A stretch of 64,000 bases of DNA from a bacterium (GTDB lineage Bacteria > Zhuqueibacterota > Zhuqueibacteria > Residuimicrobiales > Krinioviventaceae): NCBI GenBank assembly GCA_963693055.1, contig OY843751.1:5024001-5088000 (forward strand). The letters are read 5' to 3'. Position numbers and translations under genes: made by a program. Below, one piece after another: positions 50,399 to 61,722 of the stretch; position 1 is the stretch's first letter; every line of letters starts with the position of its first letter. The notes beneath the pieces are model-generated. The model was not told the DNA's origin. It worked only from the letters and a program-made list of their open reading frames with translations, and made no database searches.

Positions 50399-50481
50399 AT
50401 TGGCATGATTATTGATTTGTTGATTTATTACAAACATTAGAATTATGTACAAATCATAACTTTTTTAAAATCAGCCAATAT

Positions 50482-52701
50482 ATGATCAATTATGACAAAA
50501 TATTTCAGACATTCATTGATAAAATGAATGATGGTATCATTCAAGTCGATAAAAATCTGAATATTGTCTATTGTAATCCCAAAGTATGCGAACTCTTGGG
50601 CCAATCCTTTGAACACCTTCATCACAATTTGTTGCTTGACTTTCTAAGTCCCCAAAACCGCGAAATTGTTGAAAAACAATTTGAACTGCGTGAACAAGGT
50701 TCGCATCAATCCTATGAACTAGAATTCCACAAAAATGATCAAATCATTACAGCTATTCTAATTCCTCACCCAATCTATGATGAAAATAATGAATTTATTG
50801 GCAGTGTGGCTGTGCTTAATGATATTTCAGAACGTAAGAAATTTGAACAAGCCCTGATATCAAATGAAGAAAAATATAAAGCCATATTTAATAATAATTT
50901 TCAATTTACCAGTTTATTGGACCCCAAAGGTATATTGCTGGACGCAAACCAAATAGCACTCGACTTTATTGGCAAAGAAAAAAAAGATGTAATAAATCAG
51001 TATTTTTGGGACACTCCCTGGTGGTCTCATGATAAACATATCCAACAAGACCTGAGAAACGCTATTCAACATGCGTTAACCGGTGAAATTGTACATTTTG
51101 AAACCTATCATATCAATGCACAGGGTGAAAAGCGGTACTTTGATATTACGCTAAAACCGGTTATAGATTCCAACAACGAAATCATTTACATTGTACCTGA
51201 AAGCCATGATTTTACTGATAGGCGCAATATTACAAAATCACTTTACGAAAATAAGAAACGTTATCAACTTTTGTTTGAAATGGCAAGTGTGGGAATCATC
51301 ATTCTCAGAGAAGGAAGCTTTTTTGATTGTAATAAAAAAACCATGGAATTGTTTGAAGCTGAATCCAGCAGATATTTTGTAGATAAAAGTCCCGAAGAAT
51401 TATCACCAGAAAAACAAAAAGATGGTTGTTATTCTAATATAAAAGCACAAGAGTATCTAAAAGCAGCACTTGAGGGTACACCACAGGATTTTGAATGGAT
51501 CTTTTTAAAAGAAAGCGGCAAAGAATTTATTGCAAGAGTAAGGCTTGACCTTATTGTAATCAATGAAACACGCTTTATTCAGGGATTTGTTACAGATATC
51601 ACTGAAATAAAAAAAGCCGAGCAAGCCCTGTTGGAAAGTGAAGAGAAATATCGCACACTGGTTGAGCTTGCGAATGACGGCGTTGTCATTGTACAGGATG
51701 GTTTGTTAAAATTTATCAACTCAAGATTTCTAAAAATGCTAGGCTATTCTTTTCAACAAGCTATCAATCATCCGCTTGAACAATTTATTCACCCGGACGA
51801 CCGCTCTCATGTTTTTGAATATTATAAGAAAAGAATGAAGGGCGAAATTTCTACAAATATGTACAATTTTAGAATCATAACCAAAGATAACCGGGTAATT
51901 ACAATTGAAGCAAACATAATGAGAATAATTTATCAGGGCAAACCCGCAAGTTTTGGTTTTATACGAGATGTTACTGAACGATTAAAACTACAGGAAAAAC
52001 TTGCGTTTTCAGAAAAAATGTCTACCATTGGTGAACTTTCAAGAAAAGTAGCTCATGAAATTGGTAACCCGCTTTCCTCAATTTTACATTCAGCCAGTGA
52101 ATTAAATGATTCCGTATTGCTTGCCGGTGATGAAAAAATATTAATGGATATCATACTCAAAGAAACCAAACGTTTAGATGAAATCATAAAAAACTTTTTA
52201 AAATTCAGCAGACCCCGGCAGCCCGAATACAAAACTGTTAATCTTGCCTCAATCGTTAACGAGTTATACCTCGTATTTCAGAATGATCAAACCTTTAAAG
52301 AAAAAAATATTGTATTAGAAAAAACAATAGAACAAGATCTGCCAGAAATTACAGCAGACCCCAATATGATCAAAGAAGTACTCTGGAACATATTTTTAAA
52401 CGCCAGAGATGCAATAGAAACAAATGGAAACATATCCCTTTCTCTTTTTTCACTCTTGCATGAAAATGCCAGTTCTATCCAAATGATCATAAAAGATAAT
52501 GGCAAAGGTATTCCCAAAGAGAACATAAACATCATATTTGAACCTTATTTTACTTCAAAATTTACCGGTTCAGGGTTGGGGCTTGCAACAGTTAAAAAAA
52601 ATATTTCCGAACATGATGGAAGCATTTCTGTAAAATCTACAATAGGTAAAGGTACCGAATTCAACATCATTCTACCCGTTGAGAGGAGCATTGAAAAGTG
52701 A
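50482..52701 (+). CDS. Cytoplasmic multi-PAS sensor histidine kinase
   Basis: Four PAS/PAC-like repeats (DISERK, DFTDRR, DITEIK, DVTERL); H-box AHEIGNPL; N-box NIFLNARDA; DNGKG, FEPYFT, GSGLGL. Confidence 0.93.
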   Translation: MINYDKIFQTFIDKMNDGIIQVDKNLNIVYCNPKVCELLGQSFEHLHHNLLLDFLSPQNREIVEKQFELREQGSHQSYELEFHKNDQIITAILIPHPIYDENNEFIGSVAVLNDISERKKFEQALISNEEKYKAIFNNNFQFTSLLDPKGILLDANQIALDFIGKEKKDVINQYFWDTPWWSHDKHIQQDLRNAIQHALTGEIVHFETYHINAQGEKRYFDITLKPVIDSNNEIIYIVPESHDFTDRRNITKSLYENKKRYQLLFEMASVGIIILREGSFFDCNKKTMELFEAESSRYFVDKSPEELSPEKQKDGCYSNIKAQEYLKAALEGTPQDFEWIFLKESGKEFIARVRLDLIVINETRFIQGFVTDITEIKKAEQALLESEEKYRTLVELANDGVVIVQDGLLKFINSRFLKMLGYSFQQAINHPLEQFIHPDDRSHVFEYYKKRMKGEISTNMYNFRIITKDNRVITIEANIMRIIYQGKPASFGFIRDVTERLKLQEKLAFSEKMSTIGELSRKVAHEIGNPLSSILHSASELNDSVLLAGDEKILMDIILKETKRLDEIIKNFLKFSRPRQPEYKTVNLASIVNELYLVFQNDQTFKEKNIVLEKTIEQDLPEITADPNMIKEVLWNIFLNARDAIETNGNISLSLFSLLHENASSIQMIIKDNGKGIPKENINIIFEPYFTSKFTGSGLGLATVKKNISEHDGSISVKSTIGKGTEFNIILPVERSIEK

Positions 52702-54044
52702 AAAGCATTCTAATAATAGATGATAATGACAGCTTTAGAAAAGTATTATCAATGCGACTGGGAAAACGGGGATTCAGAGTCAAAGACGTTGCTGAAAGTA
52801 TTAAAGGTCTTGAGCTAATTACAAAAGAATTTTTTGACATCATTATCACAGATCTTGTTATGAATGACAAAGACGGTATTCAGGTCATTCATGAAGCACG
52901 AGTATCAAGCCCAGCATCAATAATCATTCTTATAACCGCTTATGGTTCAGTTGACACGGCCGTTCAAGCTATCAAAGCTGGTGCATATGATTATATAACC
53001 AAAGAATCAAACCTTGATGAAATTCTTTTGGTCATTGACAGAGCAATGGAAAAAAAATATTTGATGGATAAAATCCAGGTTCTTGAAAATCAAATTCGTG
53101 AACAATTTGATTTTGACGAGATCATTGGAAGTTCCCCCAAAATGATTCAAGTATTAAAAACCATATCAAAGGTAAGCACTACCCAGGCAACCGTACTCAT
53201 TACCGGCCAGTCAGGAACGGGTAAGGAATTGGTTGGCAAGGCAATCCATTATAACAGCCCTCGCAAAAACAAATCTCTGGTAACAATCAATTGCGGAGCA
53301 ATTCCAGAAAATCTTCAGGAAAGCGAGTTATTCGGATATAAAAAAGGCGCCTTCACCGGTGCCATTCAAGATAAAAAGGGATTAATTGAAGAAGCAGATG
53401 GCGGCACATTAATCCTTGATGAAGTTGGCGAGCTGTCTCCCACTGCACAGGTAAAATTATTGCGCTTTTTACAAAACAACGAAGTCCGCAGTGTAGGTGA
53501 TACCAAAACAACCATAGTAGACGTTCGCATTATTGCCATGACCAACCGCAATCTTGAAGAAGAAGTAAAAAACAATACTTTTCGCGAAGATTTGTTTTTC
53601 AGGTTAAATGTTGTTCCCATAATATTGCCACCACTTTCAGAAAGGCCTGGCGATATAGAGATCATGCTGGAGAGTTTTGTTAAAAAAATTGGCAAAAAAT
53701 TGCACATGACAAAATTAAACATAACCTCTGAAGCAGTCCGTCTATTAAAGATTTATCACTGGCCGGGCAACATTCGTGAATTGGAAAATGTATTGGAACG
53801 ATGTGCAATTTTGTGCAATGATGAAACTATATATCCGGATGATTTACCACTAGATATACAACAAAAAAATATCAACAATGAACCCGAGTTTACAGGTACG
53901 CATTTAACATTGCAGGAAATTGAAAAAAAATACATCCTCTCTGTTCTTGATAGTACAAACGGAAACAAATCACATGCTGCCGACATATTGCAAATTTCCA
54001 GACCCACTTTGATCAATAAATTAAAATCATACAAAATTGATTAA
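52698..54044 (+). CDS. Sigma54-dependent response regulator (NtrC/AtoC family)
   Basis: Receiver domain; GQSGTGKE, ESELFG, GAFTGA, LDEVGE, WPGNIRELEN; Fis-type HTH. Confidence 0.95.
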   Translation: MKSILIIDDNDSFRKVLSMRLGKRGFRVKDVAESIKGLELITKEFFDIIITDLVMNDKDGIQVIHEARVSSPASIIILITAYGSVDTAVQAIKAGAYDYITKESNLDEILLVIDRAMEKKYLMDKIQVLENQIREQFDFDEIIGSSPKMIQVLKTISKVSTTQATVLITGQSGTGKELVGKAIHYNSPRKNKSLVTINCGAIPENLQESELFGYKKGAFTGAIQDKKGLIEEADGGTLILDEVGELSPTAQVKLLRFLQNNEVRSVGDTKTTIVDVRIIAMTNRNLEEEVKNNTFREDLFFRLNVVPIILPPLSERPGDIEIMLESFVKKIGKKLHMTKLNITSEAVRLLKIYHWPGNIRELENVLERCAILCNDETIYPDDLPLDIQQKNINNEPEFTGTHLTLQEIEKKYILSVLDSTNGNKSHAADILQISRPTLINKLKSYKID

Positions 54045-54068
54045 TTCTTTTACACCTGCTCTTAAAAA

Positions 54069-54087
54069 CTGTAAAATTTTTTTACAG
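54069..54087. promoter_or_regulatory. Putative enhancer (UAS) for a sigma54 activator
   Basis: Palindrome CTGTAAAATTTTTTTACAG about 100 bp upstream of a -24/-12 element. Confidence 0.5.
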
Positions 54088-54180
54088 CATTTTTCTTCTT
54101 AAATTAAAACCCATTCTCAAGCGAGGACGCAAAAACAACAAAAACAAGGTCTTACAAATAAAACAAATTTTAGTAAATTT

Positions 54181-54197
54181 TTGGTACAACCTTTGCT
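54181..54197 (+). promoter_or_regulatory. sigma54 (-24/-12) promoter
   Basis: TTGGTACAACCTTTGCT (GG-N10-GC), about 30 nt upstream of the receiver gene. Confidence 0.75.
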
Positions 54198-54229
54198 TGT
54201 ACTAGTAATAAAAAAGCAAAGAAAACGAG

Positions 54230-54559
54230 ATGAAAAATATACTAATAATAGATGACAATATTTCTCTTTGTGAATCAATAAAGATATCGCTAAAGAAATA
54301 TGACTATAATATTGATACAGCATATAATGGTAAAAGCGCCATTTCCAAGATTCAGGAATCTGATTATAATACCATCATCACCGATGTTTTCATGCCAGAT
54401 ATTAACGGAATAAAACTGGCCCAAGATGTCTTTAAAAAATTTCCGGATATGAAAATAATTATTATGACAGCTAAAGAATTTCCACAATTCCAGGAACCCT
54501 TTAAAAAATTACAAAAACCCTTTTCAAATTCAGAGCTTGTCAAGCTAATTGAAAATTAA
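54230..54559 (+). CDS. Single-domain response regulator (CheY-like)
   Basis: ILIIDD, ITDVFMPDINGI, IIMTA, LQKPF. Confidence 0.88.
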   Translation: MKNILIIDDNISLCESIKISLKKYDYNIDTAYNGKSAISKIQESDYNTIITDVFMPDINGIKLAQDVFKKFPDMKIIIMTAKEFPQFQEPFKKLQKPFSNSELVKLIEN

Positions 54560-54580
54560 TTGAATCCAAAAGGTAGACAA

Positions 54581-55123
54581 ATGTCAAATACAACAACAAC
54601 ATCAGATATTGTAAAAAAAGAAAACCATGCCTTATCAACACTTGAAAGAAATAACAAGGCAGAAACAAACAAATACCTGACCTTCTTTTTAAAAGAAGAA
54701 GAATATGGTATTGAAATCTCCAAAGTAATAGAAATTATTGGTGAAATGCCCATAGTTCCCATACCCAAATTACCAGATTATATTAAAGGGATCATTAACC
54801 TGCGTGGAAGAATTGTACCAGTAGTAAACCTGAGACTAAAATTGGGAATGGCTAACAAAGAAATGACCGATGAATCTGTCATTATCATTGTTAGCTCTCA
54901 CAATCGGGATATGGGCCTGATAATAGACAAAGTAACAGAAGTGCTTGACATCCGTCAAGATAATATTGATGATGCCCCTGAATTTGGTACCAGCATAGAT
55001 ACTGAATATATTGTAGGTATTGCAAAACAGGAAGACTCGATCAAGATCATTCTGGATATTGATAAAGTTATAAATTCGGAAAAGATCTCTGAATCTCTTG
55101 AAGAAAAAAGAAATAATATATAA
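54581..55123 (+). CDS. cheW: Chemotaxis coupling protein CheW
   Basis: KYLTFFL, EYGIEISKVIEI, KGIINLRGRIVPVVNLR, GLIIDKVTEV. Confidence 0.95.
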   Translation: MSNTTTTSDIVKKENHALSTLERNNKAETNKYLTFFLKEEEYGIEISKVIEIIGEMPIVPIPKLPDYIKGIINLRGRIVPVVNLRLKLGMANKEMTDESVIIIVSSHNRDMGLIIDKVTEVLDIRQDNIDDAPEFGTSIDTEYIVGIAKQEDSIKIILDIDKVINSEKISESLEEKRNNI

Positions 55124-55144
55124 AATGGTTTGGAGGAAATAACC

Positions 55145-57553
55145 ATGTTGAACAAACTCAGTCTAAAAAACAAAATTGCTCTGATTGTAGTACTTATGAT
55201 TGTTGCTCTTGTAGCAATCAGCAGTTGGGTTTCATACCAATCTGCTTATACTTCGGTCAAAGAATCGTATGTAAATCAAATTCAAAACATTAACAAATCT
55301 ATCGATCAAAAATTAACAAATTTCTATGTAACCCAGGAAAAAATTGCTACCGCTCTTGTAACAGATCGTATGATAATCGAAGGAATTAAACAGGGTGACC
55401 AGGAGAGACTCATCGAAATGCTTACTTTGGCTGATAGCCAGAGTGACATTTACGAGAATCTGTTTTTATCCACCGCAGAAGAAAACACATCCATTTTTGC
55501 GTGTCCTGAAAAACTAGTGGAATCATCAATTGATTTAAAATGGCATGATACAGGTTTTAATGAAAATATCAAAAAAGCACTTCAAGGGCAATCTCATCTG
55601 AGTAGTGTGGGTGTTTCACCTGCAACGGGTCTTATTGTTCAGGTCTATACTGTACCAGTCAAAGAAAATGGAAAAGTAATTGCTATTCTGGGCATGCCCT
55701 TTGATTTAGGTTCATTTTCAAAAAGTATCGTACAAAATATAAAGATTGGCTCTACCGGGTATCCTTTTATTACTGATCTTCAAGGAATATCATATGCTCA
55801 TCCTGATGAAAAACAAATCATGAAACTTGATATCAAAGAATATGATTGGGGAAAACAAATACTTGATTTACCATCAGGCTCTGTCCTGGAATACAAATGG
55901 CAGGGCAAAAAAAAGATATTGTCTTTTCTCAAAAACGAAAAATACCATTATATCTGCGCTAGCTCATTATATGATGATGACATGAAAGCAAGTGCAGCCT
56001 CAGTTGTACGCATCCTGGTTATTACTGGCGTATTCATCATTATTGTTGCAGGCGTACTTATCTTTTTATTCCTTCGCAAAAGCCTCAAACCGCTTGATAC
56101 TACTGTTGAAGCCGCCAATAAACTTGCGGAAGGCGATATTAATGTTTCAGTAGATCTTAGTCGCCAGGATGAAATAGGTCAAATGTTAAAAGCCTTTGAT
56201 AAAATGATTCAAAGCCTTAAATCAAAAGCGGAAACCGCAGCAGAAATTGCAAAAGGCAACCTGGATGTCGATGTACAGGCAGTATCTACCAAAGATGTTT
56301 TGGGCAATGCAATGGTAGCTCTAAAAGAAAACGTAACCGCAATGGTTCAGGATGTAAATAACCTTGCAACAGCAGCTGTTAACGGAAACCTTTCCGTACG
56401 CGCAAATGCGGAAAATCATCAAGGTCAATTCCGCAATATCGTCTTGGGTATTAATGGCACATTAGACGGTGTCATGGGCCCCATTAACGAAGCATCAATT
56501 ATCCTTGAAAAACTGGCAAATCGTGATCTTAGTAGTCGAATGGAAGGCGACTATAAAGGTGACCATGCCAAGATCAAGAACTCTTTAAACACAGCACTCG
56601 AAAATCTCGATGCCAGCATCCAACAGGTTTTTTCCGGTGCTGAACAGGTTGCATCTGCCTCAAATCAAATCAGCGATGGCAGTCAGCAAATGGCACAATC
56701 CGCAACAGAACAAGCGGGCAATCTGGAAGAAATTTCCAGCAATCTTCAAGAAATCACGTCCATGTCATTGCAGAATTCAAGCAATGCCAAAGAAGCAAAA
56801 AGTATGACAGACAATTCTCGTGAAAGTGCTAAAAAAGGTGTAGAAAGCATGGGCCGTTTGTCAAGTGCAATTGACAAGATTAAAACATCATCTGACGAAA
56901 CCAGTAAAATTGTTAAAACGATTGATGAAATTGCATTCCAGACCAATCTGCTTGCGCTGAATGCCGCAGTTGAAGCCGCAAGGGCAGGTGAAGCTGGTAA
57001 AGGTTTTGCTGTAGTTGCTGAAGAAGTACGAAACCTGGCAATACGAAGCGCGGAAGCTGCAAAATCTACCGCTGATCTCATTCAGGAATCTGTAAGCAAT
57101 GCTCAGGAAGGTGTAATGCACAATCAGGAAGTAATGGAAAACCTGAACATCATCAATGACCAAGTCATTAAAATTGGTGAGATCATGGGTGAAGTTGCAG
57201 CAGGATCAGATCAACAGCGTGGCGGTGTTGAACAGGTAAATATGGCTATTGAACAAATGAACAAGATTACCCAGCAAAACGCTGCAAACTCGGAAGAATC
57301 TGCAAGTGCTTCTGAAGAACTCTCGAGCCAGGCTGAAGAAATGCGGTCACTTACTTCTAAATTCAAAGTATCCGGCATGATTTCACGTTCCAGTATCAGA
57401 TCAAATATTGATTATACTCAAACCAAACGTGAAAACGGGTACAGCAATGGCTCAAGCTCAAATGGTAATGGCATAGATTTATCAGCTGAAGAACTGATAC
57501 CTTTTGACGACTCTGACAATAAGAATGACAACTTTGTTTTAAAAGAATTTTAA
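55145..57553 (+). CDS. Methyl-accepting chemotaxis protein (Cache-like sensor, HAMP domains)
   Basis: Two TMs around a periplasmic domain (IGSTGY, YAHPD); [37 protein letters not shown]; C-terminal VLKEF. ATG 55145 behind GGAGG. Confidence 0.96.
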   Translation: MLNKLSLKNKIALIVVLMIVALVAISSWVSYQSAYTSVKESYVNQIQNINKSIDQKLTNFYVTQEKIATALVTDRMIIEGIKQGDQERLIEMLTLADSQSDIYENLFLSTAEENTSIFACPEKLVESSIDLKWHDTGFNENIKKALQGQSHLSSVGVSPATGLIVQVYTVPVKENGKVIAILGMPFDLGSFSKSIVQNIKIGSTGYPFITDLQGISYAHPDEKQIMKLDIKEYDWGKQILDLPSGSVLEYKWQGKKKILSFLKNEKYHYICASSLYDDDMKASAASVVRILVITGVFIIIVAGVLIFLFLRKSLKPLDTTVEAANKLAEGDINVSVDLSRQDEIGQMLKAFDKMIQSLKSKAETAAEIAKGNLDVDVQAVSTKDVLGNAMVALKENVTAMVQDVNNLATAAVNGNLSVRANAENHQGQFRNIVLGINGTLDGVMGPINEASIILEKLANRDLSSRMEGDYKGDHAKIKNSLNTALENLDASIQQVFSGAEQVASASNQISDGSQQMAQSATEQAGNLEEISSNLQEITSMSLQNSSNAKEAKSMTDNSRESAKKGVESMGRLSSAIDKIKTSSDETSKIVKTIDEIAFQTNLLALNAAVEAARAGEAGKGFAVVAEEVRNLAIRSAEAAKSTADLIQESVSNAQEGVMHNQEVMENLNIINDQVIKIGEIMGEVAAGSDQQRGGVEQVNMAIEQMNKITQQNAANSEESASASEELSSQAEEMRSLTSKFKVSGMISRSSIRSNIDYTQTKRENGYSNGSSSNGNGIDLSAEELIPFDDSDNKNDNFVLKEF

Positions 57554-57573
57554 AACCCCTCAATTCCCCCTCA

Positions 57574-57622
57574 AAAGCCTCTGTAATCCTGTAATTTTGG
57601 ATTACAGAGGCTTTCCTTTTTT
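57574..57622 (+). terminator. Rho-independent terminator
   Basis: AAAGCCTCTGTAATCC-9 nt-GGATTACAGAGGCTTT followed by a T-run. Confidence 0.8.
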
Positions 57623-57726
57623 ATATAAAAACTCAACATAATAATATTTTTTCTTTCACAATTTTCATTTTTTTACATAACAAAAAATATTTTAATTTTT
57701 AGCCATATTTGTCATTTTAAATACAA

Positions 57727-57742
57727 TGGTACAAAATTTGTT
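57727..57742 (+). promoter_or_regulatory. Possible sigma54 promoter (variant -12)
   Basis: TGGTACAAAATTTGTT, same -24 hexamer as the site at 54181 but GT in place of GC. Confidence 0.4.
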
Positions 57743-57798
57743 ACATATGTCACGAATTAATGAAACAGGTTGTATTTCATATCTTAAATAACCTTACT

Positions 57799-57835
57799 GC
57801 AGTATTTCACTCGTAGCAGTATTTCACTCGTAGCA
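57799..57835. repeat. 17-bp tandem duplication (GCAGTATTTCACTCGTA x2)
   Basis: Exact copies at 57799 and 57816, plus GCA. Confidence 0.92.
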
Positions 57836-57919
57836 TTAGTTCTAAATTTCAACAAAACAACAATTTCAAAATTTCACATGTCAGTGTCTAGAGCACAATC
57901 AACATGAAAGGATAACATT

Positions 57920-60316
57920 TTGAACTTAAAAAACAAGAGTTTAAAGAACAGAATCTCATTTATAGTCTTGTCTTTAATTCTACTTTTAGTAACTCTCAGT
58001 AGTATCGTTGCATTTAAAACTTCACACCAGGCTGTTAAAGCTTCATATGTAAATCAAATGCAAAATATCAACAAAACGCTTGATAAACAATTGGATAATT
58101 TTTACACAGAACAGATAAATATTGCCAATTCTTTAACTACTAATCAGGATATGATTACAGCTATTATTAATAACGATACAATTGAAGCGAACAAGGTCCT
58201 ATCTATTGTTTGTGATCAAACCAATATTTATGAAGGTTTCTTCATTTCCACTCCGGAAAATAATACAGAAATTTTGTATGCGGCAAGCAAAATGCCTCAT
58301 TTAATGGGCCTAAAGTGGGCAAATACAGGTTTTGATGATAATTTAAATTCTGCTCTCAATGGCAAACAACTTTTAAGTGACATTGGCGTCTCTCCTGCAA
58401 CAGGAAGAGCTGTTCAGTTATTGACCACACCCATCAAGAATAATGGACAGGTAATTGGAATTTTAGGAATGTCTATTGACATTGGTACCTTTTCATACAG
58501 TACAGTCAAAGATATAACCATTGGCACCAACGGTTATGCTGCCGTCTTAACCTTTGAGGGTATTGTCTTTGCTCATCCCGATGAAAAACTGGTTATGAAA
58601 GTAGATTTTAGCAAATACGATTTTGGCAAAAAAACAATTGAAATGCCTTCCGGTAGTGTTATTGAATACAAATTTCAGGGCGAGGCCAAAATAGTTACCA
58701 CCATTAAAAACGAAACCTATAAATATATTGCAGTAACAACCATGCCCAAGAGTGATATTATAGCCAGTGCCATTAAAATAGCCAAAATATTATCGCTATT
58801 GGGTATTATTACCTTAATTGGAAATGGAATATTTATCTTGTTGTACCTGAACAAAAGTTTAAAACCGCTGGAAACAACCGTTAACGCTGCCAACAAGTTG
58901 GCAGAAGGTGATGTTGATGTTTCCATTTCACATTCAAGCAACGATGAAATTGGACAAATGCTCAAAGCCTTTGATAAAATGGTACAAAGCATTAAAGCTA
59001 AAGCCGAAACCGCTGCTGAAATTGCTAAAGGCAATCTGGAGGTTGATGTTCAATCTATTTCAGACAAAGACGTTCTGGGCAATGCAATGGTGGCTCTCAA
59101 ACAAAATGTTACCGCCATGGTCAACGATGTAGACAATCTCGCAACCGCTGCCGTAAATGGCAACCTCTCTGTTCGTGCAAATGCAGATAATCATCAGGGA
59201 CAGTTTCGCAATATCGTTAAAGGTATTAATGGTACTCTGGATGGAATTATGGGGCCCATCAATGAAGCCTCCGACGTTCTCGAAAAACTGGCTGACAGAG
59301 ATTTGAGTATACGCATGCAAGGCGATTACAAGGGCGACCACGCCAAAATCAAAACCTCTATCAATACCGCGCTCGAAAATCTCGACGCAAGCATTCAACA
59401 GGTCTTCTCCGGTGCTGAACAGGTTGCCTCTGCATCAAATCAAATCAGCGATGGCAGTCAACAAATGGCACAATCCGCTACTGAACAGGCCGGTAATCTG
59501 GAAGAAATCTCCAGCAATCTGCAAGAGATCACATCCATGTCGCTTCAAAATACCAACAATGCCAAAGAAGCCAAAAACATGACCGATAACTCGCGCGAAA
59601 GTGCCTTAAAAGGTGTGAAGAGTATGAAACGGCTCTCCGTATCCATCGATAAAATTAAAACCTCATCCGATGAAACCAGCAAGATCGTTAAAACCATTGA
59701 CGAAATCGCTTTCCAGACCAACCTGCTCGCGCTCAATGCCGCGGTTGAAGCCGCAAGGGCCGGTGAAGCCGGAAAAGGATTTGCCGTTGTGGCAGAAGAA
59801 GTCCGCAACCTGGCAATCAGAAGCGCGGAAGCCGCTAAAACCACCACCGATCTCATCAATGAATCCGTAAGCAACGCACAGGAAGGTGTGGAACATAACA
59901 AAGAAGTTATGGAAAACCTGCAGACCATTAATGACCAGGTCATCAAGATTGGCGAAATTATGAGTGAAGTGTCAGCAGGTTCCGAACAGCAGCGTGGTGG
60001 TGTGGAACAGGTCAATATGGCAATCGACCAGATGAACAAAATCACACAACAGAATGCAGCCAATGCTGAAGAGTCTGCAAGCGCATCCGAAGAACTCTCC
60101 AGCCAGGCCGAAGAAATGCGCTCATTAACTGCTAAATTCCAGGTCTCTAGATCTTCCGCAGGGGTTCGGACTATTGCGCAATCGTCAGCTCAGCCTGCAC
60201 CGGCATACCAATCCAGCAACACAGGTAACAGTACAAGCAAATCCGCCAAAGAACTGATTCCTTTTGACGACTCTGACAATAACGCGAACGATAAATTTAT
60301 TCTGGGTGAATTTTAA
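57920..60316 (+). CDS. Methyl-accepting chemotaxis protein, tandem paralog
   Basis: TTG start behind AAGGA; same architecture with a near-identical signalling domain; C-terminal ILGEF. Confidence 0.96.
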   Translation: MNLKNKSLKNRISFIVLSLILLLVTLSSIVAFKTSHQAVKASYVNQMQNINKTLDKQLDNFYTEQINIANSLTTNQDMITAIINNDTIEANKVLSIVCDQTNIYEGFFISTPENNTEILYAASKMPHLMGLKWANTGFDDNLNSALNGKQLLSDIGVSPATGRAVQLLTTPIKNNGQVIGILGMSIDIGTFSYSTVKDITIGTNGYAAVLTFEGIVFAHPDEKLVMKVDFSKYDFGKKTIEMPSGSVIEYKFQGEAKIVTTIKNETYKYIAVTTMPKSDIIASAIKIAKILSLLGIITLIGNGIFILLYLNKSLKPLETTVNAANKLAEGDVDVSISHSSNDEIGQMLKAFDKMVQSIKAKAETAAEIAKGNLEVDVQSISDKDVLGNAMVALKQNVTAMVNDVDNLATAAVNGNLSVRANADNHQGQFRNIVKGINGTLDGIMGPINEASDVLEKLADRDLSIRMQGDYKGDHAKIKTSINTALENLDASIQQVFSGAEQVASASNQISDGSQQMAQSATEQAGNLEEISSNLQEITSMSLQNTNNAKEAKNMTDNSRESALKGVKSMKRLSVSIDKIKTSSDETSKIVKTIDEIAFQTNLLALNAAVEAARAGEAGKGFAVVAEEVRNLAIRSAEAAKTTTDLINESVSNAQEGVEHNKEVMENLQTINDQVIKIGEIMSEVSAGSEQQRGGVEQVNMAIDQMNKITQQNAANAEESASASEELSSQAEEMRSLTAKFQVSRSSAGVRTIAQSSAQPAPAYQSSNTGNSTSKSAKELIPFDDSDNNANDKFILGEF

Positions 60317-60326
60317 TAAAATTCCC

Positions 60327-60358
60327 GCCCCTGTAGTGTTTATCCTACAGGGGCTTTT
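60327..60358 (+). terminator. Rho-independent terminator
   Basis: GCCCCTGTAG-8 nt-CTACAGGGGC-TTTT. Confidence 0.8.
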
Positions 60359-60415
60359 ATTCCTTTTAATAATCAAAACAGATCTGTATATTTCATAAAA
60401 ACTCAAGAACTTTTT

Positions 60416-61708
60416 ATGAAACTCAAGATCGCTTTATTATCCTATATCATCATTCAACTGGTGTATATACTGTTTTTTCAATTGCCGTTTGTGGGCGACT
60501 CGTCCATGTATTACAATCTGGCACAAACGTGTATACAGCACAACTCTTTTTATCCTGCGGCACACAACTTGAATGATGCATATATTATCGCCCCTTTATA
60601 TGTGAACTATATTATCCTGTTGTTACATATTTACAACTCGCCAACAACCATTCTTATCTTTAATATTATTCTGAATCTATTGAATCTGTTGTTATTGAGA
60701 AAAATAACAGACTTTATATTTCAAAAGAAAAAATATACAGATACAATAACGGTTCTGTATTTAATATATCTGAGCAGTCTGGGTGCGGTTCTAATGAACG
60801 TTACAGAACTCTTCTTTTGCACCTTGCTGTTTGCAGGATATTATTTTATCTTGAAAAACACCAAACAAAGTCTCTTTCTTGCGGGCATTTTTACAGCATT
60901 AGCCTTTGCCACCCGCCAGGTTGCGCTTGCTCTGATTCTGACTTTTTTTCTGGTTTCTATCATTCGCAAGCAATTTTCATTTTTAAAATCAGCCCTGCTA
61001 ATCTCCGGATTCGCCGTCACCCTGTTCTTGTTCGGACTGTTCACATGGTCTCAATCCGGCAGGTTCGTCATGTCTCCCAACACAGGCGCGTTGAACATGC
61101 TCATAGGCGCGAATGATAATGCTACCGGTGCTTATAACAATATTGCATTTGAAAAAGGACATGCGGGGTACATTGAAAATTTTGATAAAACCCCCTATAC
61201 TGAAAAAGCCGATTTCTGGAAAAACCAAACCCTATCATGGATCAAAAAGAATCCTGTCAAATGGCTCATGCTTTTCCCCAAAAAAATAGCACACATGTTC
61301 ATATATGATGATTGGTCAATCCATACCCTGGTGCCCACCAATGATTGGAATCTTTATATCATTGGTAAAACCATTATAACAGAAAAGAGTATAAAACCGG
61401 TCTTTGCGGGTGAATCAACATTCTTGAAAATATCATTTATATGGATTTACACATTGCATCATCTCGTTTATTTTGCACTTTTAATTTTCATGTTTTATCA
61501 ATTCATCTATTATAAAAAACAAAATCCGCAAGTGATGTTCAGTTGTATGCATATTTATATTTTTTGTATTATAGCAACCGGCGTAATATTGCTGGCATTT
61601 GGAGCTCCCCGATACAAGCACCCCATGTTTGTACTGCTATTGATAACCATTACCCCCATGATTTCTGAATTGAAATGGCCCAATATAAAAAAAAGGGTGG
61701 TTATTTAA
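60416..61708 (+). CDS. GT-C fold integral membrane glycosyltransferase (ArnT/PMT-like)
   Basis: Many TMs; GDSSMYYNLA, PLY, TELFF, ATRQ, NTGALNMLIGAN, PRYKHP. Confidence 0.7.
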   Translation: MKLKIALLSYIIIQLVYILFFQLPFVGDSSMYYNLAQTCIQHNSFYPAAHNLNDAYIIAPLYVNYIILLLHIYNSPTTILIFNIILNLLNLLLLRKITDFIFQKKKYTDTITVLYLIYLSSLGAVLMNVTELFFCTLLFAGYYFILKNTKQSLFLAGIFTALAFATRQVALALILTFFLVSIIRKQFSFLKSALLISGFAVTLFLFGLFTWSQSGRFVMSPNTGALNMLIGANDNATGAYNNIAFEKGHAGYIENFDKTPYTEKADFWKNQTLSWIKKNPVKWLMLFPKKIAHMFIYDDWSIHTLVPTNDWNLYIIGKTIITEKSIKPVFAGESTFLKISFIWIYTLHHLVYFALLIFMFYQFIYYKKQNPQVMFSCMHIYIFCIIATGVILLAFGAPRYKHPMFVLLLITITPMISELKWPNIKKRVVI

Positions 61709-61722
61709 ACCACCTTTTTTTT
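61688..61722. terminator. Bidirectional terminator
   Basis: A-run GGGTGGTT...AACCACC T-run between convergent genes. Confidence 0.7.
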
